Source: Octopus sinensis
Lineage: Eukaryota
Direction of reading: 5' to 3'
Length of the DNA: 64,000 nucleotides
NCBI RefSeq assembly: GCF_006345805.1
Contig: NC_043008.1
Coordinates: 75,020,001 to 75,084,000 of the forward strand
A model generated the notes under the pieces. It did no database searches. It was not told the DNA's origin and was given only the letters and a program-made list of their open reading frames with translations. Position 1 is the first letter of the stretch. Each line of letters opens with the position of its first letter. The position numbers were made by a program, and so were the translations under genes. Positions 13,251-26,270 of the stretch are shown here, one piece after another.

Positions 13251-13252
<2 letters not shown>

Positions 13253-14636
13253 ACTCTTTTAAAACGTAAAACATTATCTTAAAAAACAATGTTAGCTCTT
13301 CAGATGATTTCATTGTTTATTTTTGATGTTTGTTTTCCGTCATAGTGAAAGGAATACAAAAATGTGATGTAAATCTGGTCAGTAAAAAGAGACACACACA
13401 TGCGTGCACACAGTCATGCACACACACACACACTGTATATGTGTGTGCAAAGTTACGTATATATATATATTTATATATATATCATGTAGGTAGTTAGAGT
13501 AAATCCCCGCTGTTTCCTCTGCTTATTCTATTATTACAATCCAACATGTAGTCCGAGTTCAAAATACATATTGAGTTTGAGAATTATGGAAATATTATTT
13601 GCAGAATTCTTGTATGACAAAACAGTAAAATGGTAATTCTCTTGATATTATTCATTCGCCATTACACATGTTTCATTTGCTAATAGGAATTACAAAATTT
13701 TACATGTTAGATAAACATGTAAAGAATTTCCTGTTAGTAAATGAAAAACATGTAATGGTGAATAAACAATACCGAAGAATTACCAGTTTCCTGTTTTGTT
13801 ACACACACACACAGACACACAGACACATACTCACACACACACACACACACACACACAGACAAACCATAATCTCTACTTTTCCATGATCAGATGAGCCTTG
13901 ATCAGATGAAACTTGTTGTGGTAGATTTTTCAACAGATGGATGATCTTGCTGCTAACCCTCTTCTGTATGCAGATAATATAATAGTCTCCCTAGTCCTTT
14001 GAACAATGAGCAGTCAAATGACCAACCATCTTCCCATGGAATATAGTAAACAAATAGCACCGTTTGTATGGTGGTGACTTTGTTTTACAATTATTGCACA
14101 CAAATATGGAGATGTGAGGAAGACCTGTATATGCACACACTCATTTATATTAGTAAAATAGCATTTTCAGAAACTTTATCTTATTTCTTTTTCTGTGGCT
14201 GTTTCAATAACATCCGTGAACATTAGCAAGTACAATTAATAATGGTAATTATAATTACATAGAATAATTATTAATAACGATTATTATAATTATAAATTAT
14301 TATAATTATTGTTATAATATTAATATATTTTTTATAATTACATGAAAAAAATTAGTTGTAATGAGATGCATGTCATTTTTGTCATGAAGGTTTCCAAAAT
14401 GTGAAGCCTCTAACAGTATTACTTGCATATATATACACACACACACACAGAGATATACTCTCTCACACATACAAATGCATATGCACACACGTTTACACAC
14501 AACTTGCTTCATATCGTTTCTTTTTATGATATTTCACCCATTGTAGTGGCCATGAAGTAGGTATGACCCTAAAACCAGGTGGTTCTGAGAAAAACCTCTT
14601 AATGACACAGTCACACCTGCTCTTATATATATATAT

Positions 14637-15098
14637 CTTTTACTTGTTTCAGTGATTAGACTGCCTTCAAGAGATTTTAGCTAAATGAATTGACCTCCCA
14701 GTACATTCTTTAAATTTTGTGCCTAGTGCTTATTCCATTAGTTTGTTTTGCCAATCTGCTAAGTAACAGGGACATTAACAAACCAATACCGGTTGTCAAG
14801 CCGTGATGGTGGAGAAACACAGTTGCATGCGCATCCACACACACACAACATGCACACATACATGCATACACACAATATACATATATTTTATCAGGAATGT
14901 TTCCTAAATATGAAATCTCTATCACTATTGCTAGAATATACATACACACATGAGAGGCTTCTTTCAGTTTCTGTCTAACGAATCCACTCACAGGGTTTTG
15001 GTCATCCCAAGGCTATAGAAGACACTTGTCCAAAGTGACATGCAGTGGGACTAAACCTTGAACTATGCGGTTGAGGAGCAAGCGCACATATCCACTCA
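14637..15098 (-). mobile_element. SINE family A, diverged copy
   Basis: Same head, microsatellite and tail order as 5161-5589. Confidence 0.75.
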
Positions 15099-15269
15099 CC
15101 CTCCCTCTCTCTCTAATGCATACATACAAGTGTAAAATCATCAGTGTATATCTGCTTTCCTTACTAGTACGGGTTAAAATGGTTGTCTGATATAAGCAAA
15201 GCATCTTGTTCAGACTCATCTCTCAGATGAATGTCACATTTTGCTTGTGTGTACTGTCTATTGTGTGTA

Positions 15270-15953
<684 letters not shown>

Positions 15954-15960
<7 letters not shown>

Positions 15961-16541
15961 ATAAGGGCTTAGTAAAATAAATTACTTTGCCACATACTGA
16001 ACTCATTAGAAATAGCAGCTAAAGAAATTTCTTCAGCTATTTCTAATACTTAAGAAGATCTCTCTCAGATAGTGTTTGCCTAAACTAACTCACAAAAGTA
16101 TGGGGGAAAAAATTAAAAAATCAAGTGCAAAGGTTATTTGAGAACGTACGTTTCTAGATTAGTCAATTCGACATTTCTTTCTTCAGCTCAGAATTCCTTG
16201 AATCGGATTTGGGAACACTTAAAGTCGGGAGCATACCCTTTCGGCTTCTAATCCCCTATAGAATTCTGCTCGAACTAAAAGTGCTATCAATTCGAATATG
16301 CAAGCGAAGAATTTCTGCTCTCCCCTTTCCACCAGCGTGGTTAAAATTGACAAACACCAAGTATTAACAGTGAAGACCGCAGAATTTAGCTAAGAGAGAT
16401 GAATTATAATTTCAACAATTGAGGGTAAAATTAATTAATTATTAATCAGTTTCACCAAGTGTTCAGTATGTAAAGGGACCATTATAGGCGAATTCAAAAT
16501 ATTACATTATATATAAGGGCTTAGTAAAAAAATAAATTACT

Positions 16542-16542
<1 letters not shown>
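15954..16542 (-). mobile_element. Non-coding element with short terminal direct repeats and an internal hammerhead fold (Penelope-LTR/retrozyme-like)
   Basis: ATTATATATAAGGGCTTAGTAAAA(AAA)TAAATTACTT at both 15954-15987 and 16506-16542; no ORF; homologous blocks at 59500-59830. Confidence 0.6.
16139..16190 (-). ncRNA. Type I hammerhead ribozyme motif (HHR-1)
   Basis: Minus: UGAG-CUGAAGA-AAGAAAUGUCGAAUUGACUAAUCUA-GAAA-CGUACG-UU-CUCA. Stem I 4 bp, palindromic stem III ACGUACGU, GUU triplet. Confidence 0.65.
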
Positions 16543-16595
<53 letters not shown>

Positions 16596-16601
16596 TGTAT
16601 G

Positions 16602-16637
<36 letters not shown>

Positions 16638-16680
16638 GTATATGTATATATATATATATATGTATATGTATATGTATATA

Positions 16681-16715
<35 letters not shown>

Positions 16716-16734
16716 ATATATGTATATGTATATA

Positions 16735-16781
<47 letters not shown>

Positions 16782-16822
16782 ATGTATATGTATGTATATG
16801 TATATATATATATATGTATATT

Positions 16823-19303
16823 ATGATTTGCAACACTAACTTCAGGAAACCGACAAGCCACCTGGTCACCTACCGATCGGGCCGGCATACTAGCCAAATC
16901 GACTACATCCTTGCCAGAAAAAGGGAAAGATGGCTGCTTATAAATGCCAAAACCTTCCCAAGTGAAGAATGCACCCCACAACATAGACTGGTAGTTAGTG
17001 ACTTTAGGATCAGGACTAAGAGGGCGACTAGAAGACGACCAACATGGAGAAGAAGGGTCTGGAAGCTTAAAGACCCTGCGAATGGACAGAGATTTAGAGA
17101 TATGTTATTTGAAGCTTTAGACGAAATGGAAGGGAGTATAGCTACGCATGGGGTAGAAGACAACTGGACGCTTCTGAGGGACAACCTGCTGAAAGCCGCT
17201 GACCAGATCTGTGGCTGGTGCAAAGTCCCCTTAAGACCCAAAATAACGTGGTGGTGGAACAATATTGTTGACAGGGCTATTAGACAAAAGAAACAGGCTT
17301 GGAAGGCCTGAAGAACGGTGGTAGCAGGGAAGTGTATCAGTCTGCCAGAGGGAAGCCAGGAGACAGGTCTATCTAGCCAGAGGGGAAGCAGAGAAGGAAA
17401 AATTTGCCAATGTCCTGCGTCGTGAGGATGAAAGACTTGAGGTATTTCGTGTTGCAAGACAGTGTGTGAGAGAGAATCGTGACGTGGTAGGAGAGAAATG
17501 TGTTCGCAAGGAGGACGGTTCACTTGCACTTAATGAGGGTGCAAAGAGAGAGACTTGGAGACGCCACTATGATAGGTTGCTGAATGAAGAAAATGAATGG
17601 GATAAAGAGAGTCTGCCGAATGTCGACCCAACAGAGGGACCAGCAATCCGAGTTAACAGTTCCTTAGTAGATAAGGCAATTAGAAGCATGAAAACAGGGA
17701 AAGCCCCAGGCCCATCAGGAATTACTGCAGAGATGCTCAAAATATCTGGTGGTGTCGGCTATAGCTTAGTCACCCGTATAGTTAACCAGGTGATACACGA
17801 GGGGGTCATACCCAATGACTGGTGTAGCAGCATAATAGTCAACTGCTACAAAGGTAAAGGCGACGCCCTAGAGACAAATAACTACAGGGGCATCAAGCTG
17901 CTGGATCAGGTAATGAAGGTTACGGAGAGGGTTGTAGCCGAACTAATTAGAGAGAGAGTTACCTTAGATGATATGCAGTTTGGGTTCGTGCCAGGGAAAA
18001 GTACTACTGATGCTATATTCCTGGTAAGACAGCTGCAGGAGAAATACCTAGCCAAAGATAAGCCCTTGTACCTGGCTTTTGTTGACTTGGAGAAAGCCTT
18101 TGACAGGGTCCCCCGGTCCCTTATCTGGTGGTCAATGAGGAAACTAGGGATAGAAGAATGGTTGGTGAGAGCTGTGCAAGCCATGTACAGAGACGCTGCT
18201 AGTAAGGTGAGGGTGGGCAACGAGTACAGTGAAGAATTCCGGGTAGAGGTTGGGGTCCACCAAGGTTCAGTCCTCAGTCCCCTCCTATTTATCATAGTCC
18301 TCCAGGCAATAACGGAGGAATTCAAGACAGGTTGCCCCTGGGAGCTCCTCTATGCTGATGACCTTGCTCTAATTGCTGAGTCACTATCAGAACTGGAGGA
18401 GAAGTTCCAGGTGTGGAAACAAGGATTAGAATCGAAGGCCTTAGAATCAACCTAGCCAAAACCAAAGTTCTAATAAGTAGGAAGGTAGATCAATCACAAA
18501 CGCCTTCAGGTAGATGGCCCTGCTCGATCTGTAAAAAAGGTGTAGGTAGAAACTCTATAAGATGCACCAAGTGTAAGCTATGGACACATAAGAGGTGCAG
18601 CAATGTCAAAGGAAGGCTAACTAGGAAAATAGTTTTTGTCTGTGGCAAATGCTCAGGAGCAATAAACACTGGAAATATGCAGAGACCAACTTCTGCCACG
18701 TTCCAGGGAGACAAACTAGAAGTAGTTGATAGCTTCCGCTACCTAGGAGACCAAGTCAGTAGCGGGGGTGGGTGTGCTGAAAGTGTAACTGCTAGAGTAA
18801 GAATAGCCTGGGCAAAGTTTAGAGAGCTCTTACCCCTGCTGGTGACAAAAGGCCTCTCGCTCAGAGTAAAAGGCAGACTGTATGATGCATGTGTACGTAC
18901 AGCCATGCTACATGGTAGTGAAACATGGGCCGTGACTGCTGAGGATATGCGTAAGCTCGCAAGAAATGAAGCCAGTATGCTCCGATGGATGTGTAATGTC
19001 AGTGTTCATAATCGTCAGAGTGTAAGTTCCTTGAGAGAAAAGCTGAACCTAAGAAGCGTCAGTTGTGGCGTGCAAGAGAGACGGCTGCGCTGGTATGGTC
19101 ATGTGACAAGAAAGGCTGAAGATAGTTGTGTGCAAAAGTGCTACACCCTAGCAGTGGAGGGAACCTGTGGAAGAGGTAGACCCAGGAAAACCTGGGACGA
19201 GGTGGTGAAGCACGACCTTCGAACTTTAGGTCTCACTAAGGAAATGTCTAGAGACCGAGACCTATGGAAGTATGCTGTGCATGAGAAGACCCGGCAAGAC
19301 TAG
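16823..19303 (+). pseudogene. RTE endonuclease/reverse transcriptase ORF broken by three single-base deletions
   Basis: ORF-track segments 16595-17311, 17466-18455 and 18413-19303 join into one RTE polyprotein if one base is restored near 17310, ~17350 and ~18438. Confidence 0.9.
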
Positions 19304-21710
19304 TCAGGCCATAACCCGTGGCCCCGACCTGGGACGTAGTCAGTCCTGTGCATACCTTCCTTCTTGTGACACTTATGAAGACCTGTTGAGGCAAGTGAAA
19401 ATCAAATCAAATCAAAACAAATCAAAATAGATGAACATCAGTGGAATTGTATTCTTTGTGGTACCAGTGCCGGTGGCACACAAGAAAACCACCCAAACGT
19501 GGCCGTAACCAGTACCGCATCGACTGGCCTCCGTGCTGTGGGCACAACAAACACCATCCGATCGTGGCCGTTCGCCAGCCTCATCTGGCACCTGTGCCGG
19601 TGGCACATAAAGACACCATCCGAAGACCCGGCGACGTAGTCGTAGTCAGTCCACTGTGCATACCTTCCTCTTATGACACTTGTGAAGACCTGTTGAGGCA
19701 AGTGTGTGACACTTGTGAAGACCTGTTGAGGCAAGTGAAAATCAAAAATCAAAAATCAAACCAAATCAAAATAGATGAATATCAATGGAATTTGTATCTT
19801 TGTGGTTCCAGTACCGGTGGCACACAAAAAACCATCCGAAGTGGCCGTAGCTGGTACCGCATCGACTGGCCTCCGTGCTGTGGGCACAACAAACACCATC
19901 TGATCGTGGCCGTTCGCCAGCCTCACCTGGCACCTGTGTCGGTGGCACATAAAAACACCATCCAAAGACCCGGCGACGTAGTCAGTCCACCTGTGCATAC
20001 CTTCCCTCTTATGACACTTGTGAAGACCTGTTGAGGCAGAGGCAAGTGTGTGACACTTGTGAAGACCTGTTGAGGCAGAGGCAAGTGTGTGACACTTGTG
20101 GAGACCTGTTGAGGCAAGTGTGTGACACGCGTGACACTTGTGAAGACCTGTTGAGGCAAGTGAAAATCAAACCAAATCAAAATAGATGAACATCAGTGGA
20201 ATTGTATTCTTTGTGGTACCAGTGCCGGTGGCACACAAGAAAACCACCCAAACGTGGCCGTAACCAGTACCGCATCGACTGGCCTCCGTGCTGTGGGCAC
20301 AACAAACACCATCCGATCGTGGCCGTTCGCCAGCCTCATCTGGCACCTGTGCCGGTGGCACATAAAGACACCATCCGAAGACCCGGCGACGTAGTCAGTC
20401 CACCTGTGCATACCTTCCCTCTTATGACACTTGTGAAGACCTGTTGAGGCAAGTGTGTGACACTTGTGAAGACCTGTTGAGGCAAGTGAAAATCAAAAAT
20501 CAAAAATCAAACCAAATCAAAATAGATGAATATCAATGGAATTTGTATCTTTGTGGTTCCAGTACCGGTGGCACACAAGAAAACCATCCGAAGTGGCCGT
20601 AGCTGGTACCGCATCGACTGGCCTCCGTGCTGTGGGCACAACAAACACCATCTGATCGTGGCCGTTCGCCAGCCTCACCTGGCACCTGTGTCGGTGGCAC
20701 ATAAAAACACCATCCAAAGACCCGGCGACGTAGTCAGTCCACCTGTGCATACCTTCCCTCTTATGACACTTGTGAAGACCTGTTGAGGCAGAGGCAAGTG
20801 TGTGACACTTGTGAAGACCTGTTGAGCAGAGGCAAGTGTGTGACACTTGTGGAGACCTGTTGAGGCAAGTGTGTGACACGCGTGACACTTGTGAAGACCT
20901 GTTGAGGCAAGTGAAAATCAAACCAAATCAAAATAGATGAACATCAATGGAATTTGTATCTTTGTGGTTCCAGTACCGGTGGCACACAAGGACACGCGTG
21001 ACACTTGTGAAGACCTGTTGAGGCAAGTGAAAATCAAACCAAATCAAAATAGATGAACATCAATGGAATTTGTATCTTTGTGGTTCCAGTACCGGTGGCA
21101 CACAAGAAAACCATCCGATCGTGGCCGTTCGCCAGCCACATCTGGCACCTGTGTCGGTGGCACATAAAGACACCATCCGAAGACCCGGCGACGTAGACAG
21201 TCCACCTGTGCATACCTTCCTTCTTGTGACACTTGTGAAGACCTGTTGAGGCAAGTGACACTTGTGAAGACCTGTTGAGGCAAGTGAAAATCAAATCAAA
21301 TCAAAACAAATCAAAATAGATGAGCATAAATGGAATTTGTATCTTTGTGGTACCAGTGCCGGTGGCACACAAGAAAATCATCCGAACGTGGCCGTAGCCA
21401 GTACCGCATAGACTGGCCTCCGTGCTTTGGGGACGTAACAAACACCATCCGATCGTGGCCGTCCGCCAGCCTCATCTGGCACCTGTGTCGGTGGCACATA
21501 AAAACACCATCCGAGCGTGGCCGTCTGCCAGCCTCGTCTGGCACCTGCCAGCCTCATCTGGCACCTGTGTCGGTGGCACATAAAACAACACCATCCGAGC
21601 GTGGCCGTCTGCCAGCCTCGTCTGGCACCTGTGTCGGTGGCACATAAAAACACCATCCGAGTGTGGCCGTTCGCCAGCCTCGTCTGGCACCTGTGTCGGT
21701 GGCACATAAA
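19285..21710 (+). repeat. Hierarchical tandem array in the RTE 3' UTR
   Basis: Six ~340-530-bp units beginning (G/A)AAGACCCGGC, containing about 16 copies of GACACTTGTGAAGACCTGTTGAGGCAAGT and ~45-bp CCATCCGA...GTGGCACATAA subrepeats. Confidence 0.95.
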
Positions 21711-21882
21711 ATCACCCACTACACTCTCGGAGTGGTTGGCGTTAGGAAGGGCATCCAGCTGTAGAAACACTGCCAGATCTGACTGGCCTGGTGCAGCCTT
21801 CGGGCTCCCCAGACCCCAGTTGAACCGTCCAACCCATGCTAGCATGGAAAACGGACGCAAAATGATGATGATGATGATGATG

Positions 21883-21891
21883 ATATATATG

Positions 21892-21944
<53 letters not shown>

Positions 21945-21962
21945 GTATATATATTATATATG

Positions 21963-21997
<35 letters not shown>

Positions 21998-22011
21998 GTA
22001 TTATATATATG

Positions 22012-22044
<33 letters not shown>

Positions 22045-22590
22045 GTATATATATATAGATATGTATATATATATATATATATATGTAATATATATAATAT
22101 ATATAATATGTATATATATATTATATAGTATATATATATATATATATAGTAATATATATATATAGATATATATATATATATATGTATATATAATATTATA
22201 TATATGTATATATATAATATGTATATATATATTGTATATTATATATGTATATATATATGTGTATATATATATGTATATATATATATGTGTATATATATAT
22301 GTATATATATATGTGTATATATATATATATGTGTATATATATATTATGTGTATATATATATATGTTATAATATATATATGTTGTATATATATATGTGTGT
22401 ATATATATATGTGTATATATATATATGTGTATATATATATATGTGATATATATATGTGTATATATATATATGTTATATATATGTGTATATATATATATAT
22501 GTATATATATATGTGTATATATATATATATGTATATATATATATGTATATATATATATACATATATGTGTGTGTGTGTGTAATGTATATA
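21883..22590. repeat. Long interrupted (TA)n microsatellite
   Basis: Directly visible. Confidence 0.95.
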
Positions 22591-22593
22591 TAT

Positions 22594-22849
22594 CAGTGGT
22601 TCCCCACTGGAGTTCATTTGGCCCTAAGCGTTCCATATGAGATTTTGTTGTTAAAATTTAACAACACTAAATTTGTTATACTTGTAAAATACACAAAATA
22701 TTTTAACAATTTTTTTAATGCAATTCCTAATCGCATTTAATTATAAATCTACAATATGATTTTTTTAAAACATCGAATGGCTAGGAAGGTCCAGCTAAGT
22801 AAAATAGGTATCGAAGGGATCCATAGGTGAAAAATGATTATATACACTG
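22594..22849. mobile_element. hAT-like MITE
   Basis: CAGTG...CACTG termini, 7/8 matching flanks (ATATATAT/GTATATAT). Related to 41495-41747 and 27850-28205. Confidence 0.6.
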
Positions 22850-23139
22850 GTATATATATTAGTACATATACACATATAATCTGTAAATATTTATACAACT
22901 ATAATTGTATATATTTATACATATATAATTGTACATATTTATGTATGTATATTTATGAGTAAAAAATATATTTTATCACTGATATGGTTGTGGATGTCAG
23001 TTTTATAACATGTAAAAATCATGAATTTATAATTGGATGCTGTACATTAGTGTCCACAAGGATTTACTGGGGCATTATATAGAATAGGGGTTTTCCATGT
23101 CTTGTGGTGGCAGTGACTGACACACTGGAGAATCTAGCA

Positions 23140-23240
23140 CAGCAGACCTGAGAAGACATGGACAAAACAAATTGAGGAAGACCTGAATTTGCAGGGCATT
23201 GATCTCAAGCATGCTAAAGCCAGTGCTATGGATCTTTTAG
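23140..23240 (+). mobile_element. Old RTE C-terminal remnant
   Basis: Peptide RPEKTWTKQIEEDLNLQGI resembles RTE RP.KTW...V..DL. Confidence 0.4.
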
Positions 23241-24045
23241 TCATGTCAGAGATCAATGCCATCAAGAGTTTACTGAGATATTACATAAGGTAGGGTTCGC
23301 CCTCTCTGATGGCCTCGTCAGACATCATTGTTCGGAAAGACATTGCATTGAAGGAGTGTTGAGGTGGGGGATTATCATTCTTTCTGATTGGGACAGGTTC
23401 ATAATCAAGGACTTTTCAACTATGACCATCTCATGTTTTAAGGGCAATTTGGACTATATTATCTAATATGTCCTTCCTTAACTAAGGCTGATGAGGTGTG
23501 ATTTATGACATTTTCTAACAGGTTAAGCAGCTCCATAGACACTCCTGAGCTAGATGCTTATTTACAGCCATTGTGCCTCTCTCTCTCTCTCTCTCTTTCT
23601 CTGTATATTTATATATGTATTGAACTTTTAAAGAAGTTCCTACCGTTAATAATTTTATTTACATGCCGAAATCTACCAGTAAATAATTGTTGGTTTTTTA
23701 AAAACCATTAAAGCTATTATTTACTCTTATTACATATATATATATATATATATATATGTGTGTATATTCAGTAATCTCTCTACTATTGTGGTATGTTCCA
23801 AAACCCCTGCGATTAGTGAAAATCTGCAAAATTGAAACAGTACTGTACTGTATATTTTTTAAAATTGTTTTTATAATTTGTATATATTTATTTTGTTATA
23901 AATATAAAACAATACCACAGAGGAATCGATGAAAGCTTAAATAATAAACCACAATAGATGAAACGTGATATGGCAAGGGATTACTGTATATATATGTGTA
24001 TATATGTGTGTGTGTATGTGTATCTCTCTCTCTCTCTCTCTCTCT

Positions 24046-24087
<42 letters not shown>

Positions 24088-24699
24088 TTGATATATATAT
24101 ATATGAATGAGAAAAAGAAGAAAATAGAGAAATTGACATATATACATCAGTTTATTCAAAGATATTTAAATCAATATATGAAATTCTTATCCCTACAGCC
24201 GTTTCCATAGCCAATTAATTTAATTAGAGAAATTTAATTGAATTTAAATTTTTCATATTGAAACTGGTTAATTGGATATTTCATCAGGGGATGAGTATAT
24301 GTTAATTTCTCCATTTTCTTCTTTTGTTCACATTCATATATAATCTAAATACCCATATCCATCAATGCAAAACTAATGTATTTAGCTTTTCACTGAAAAT
24401 TGGTATAAACCATAGAACTAGGATGCAAACATCCCTTAAAGGATTATGGGTCCTTGGCATAATTAAATTTATATGTGTGTGTGTATATATACATATGAAT
24501 GTCTGTATATGTATGTTTGTGTGTGTGTGTGTGTGTATATATATATGTGTGTGTGTATGTATATGTTAGAATGTATTTGTGCATATATATATATATATAT
24601 ACATGAGTATGTATATGTATGTATGTACACACATGTAGATACATATGTATGTAAGTTTCTACATAAATATAAGTCTGTATATATTATTATGTTACTATA

Positions 24700-26270
24700 T
24701 ATATAACAACACTATACCACTACAAGCTATATCAATACTAAATCACTTCTATACACTATATCATTATTATGACAATACCATACTTACCTCAACATAGTAT
24801 CACAAAATAACAAAATACTTCTCATGTATGCAATACTATGCAATTTATCTGTTTTATTACTATGTTATTACTATGTTGTACTAACACCATATATTTTATA
24901 CCAATGCTATATGTTTTGAATATGTTATACTGATGTTATGTTATAAATATGTTATTCCAGTTCTTTATGTTATAACTATATCTAATACCAGTACTATGCA
25001 TTATAACTATGTTGTATCTATACTGCATGTTATACTCCATGTAATACCATTATATATTTTCGTATGTAATACTGATACGATATTCACTATTATAGTGAAG
25101 CTGTATGTTATAACAATGTAATATACAAATAATATGTTATACTATAATATACCAATAATATATTTTAATATATGCATAAAAATAATTCTATATGTATGCT
25201 AATATTATATACTCTAAATAGATTCATTGTTTTATACTATATATAATCATTTGTTATACCAATATTATACACTTTACTGTATTATATTATGTTATGCCAA
25301 TAATATGGTATATTACATTGTTTCAATGCTACATGTTGTAAGTTCTGTGTTATACTAGAAATAATACTCTGTTATACCAATGTTACAGGATATACTGTAT
25401 TATACGATGTTATACAAATATCATGTAACTATGTAGTACTGTTACATGTTACTACTATCAATACTATGTGTTATACAATGTTATGTGAAAACTATATTTT
25501 GACCATGTAATGCTGTGACTTTGTGTTGTACTCTGTTTATAATATATTTAAGACTATACATGTTATACCATGCCACACCAATACTGTATTATGTTATGTT
25601 ATATTGATGTAATAGTCTTATATTGCCCTACAATTGTGTCGTGATTAAATCATGAAATTTGGGTGGAATATGGAGATTGACCATGAAATGTGTTCTCCTC
25701 TCTTTCCAGATAGCAGAGGCTAAGGGGCTCTGTAGGTTCCAGGTGGATGCCAGGAAGGATTTGGGAAATGCATTTAGTTGTTTGGTTTCTGGTGAAGTCA
25801 AACAAAGCAAGGAGAATGTTAAGATAGTGAATCACAGGGGAAATTTGAATGAAACTGGTATATAACTTGCTAGTTCAGTGGAACAGTAACCAAGATAGTT
25901 GTGATTGAAGAGTTAGTTGTATACCAGATGTTTGTATGTGTTAGGGAAAATATTTGTTAATTAGGAGGAAGGGCTCCTTTTAGGTGTCTGATGTATAGTG
26001 GTAGTACCTTAGATATGTGAGCAGTACTGTAATATTGTTCTAAGATTTTTATGTGTGTAATGGCAGCACTGTCACTGATATGTGGACGGTACTGTAATGC
26101 AGATCTGAGAGGTTTGTGTACGTAACAGCAACACAGTCACAGATATATGAGCAATACTGTAATGTAGATCTGGGAATTTTGTGTATATCTGACTTTGCGA
26201 GACAGGAGTACTTTGCTTCAATGTATAACAGGAGCAGCACTACTCCAGATGTGTAATGACCACTTCTGTG
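24700..26270. repeat. Degenerate AT-rich minisatellites (TGTTATAC-type at 24700-25620; GCAGTACTGTAAT/AGAT-type at ~26020-26270)
   Basis: Recurring short motifs seen by eye; periodicity not computed. Confidence 0.55.

Larger units (their letters stand above)
16823..21882 (+). mobile_element. 5'-truncated RTE-clade LINE with expanded 3' UTR and (ATG)n tail
   Basis: APE C-terminus (TSQIDYIL...QHRLVVSDF), RT (NYRGIKLL, QFGF, DLEKAFD, GVHQGSVLSPLLF, YADD), C-terminal domain to stop at 19303, repeat-rich 3' UTR, conserved RTE tail 21710-21860, (ATG)7 at 21862-21882. Confidence 0.95.

Noticed and set aside
16903-18325. Minus-strand ORFs of 208 and 139 aa
   Set aside because: They are antisense shadows of the RTE coding sequence.
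19368-21290. CRISPR-like array of ~29-bp repeats (GACACTTGTGAAGACCTGTTGAGGCAAGT)
   Set aside because: Repeats are head-to-tail or separated by other repeated units, not unique spacers. There are no cas genes, and the context is a eukaryotic LINE 3' UTR.
21742-22617. 291-aa minus-strand ORF
   Set aside because: Almost entirely TA microsatellite.
23280-23330. Minus-strand CTGACGA...GAAC
   Set aside because: Lacks A15.1 and has no stem I or III pairing.
25628-25865. Short overlapping ORFs, possible exon or Penelope fragment
   Set aside because: No recognisable motif with enough support.
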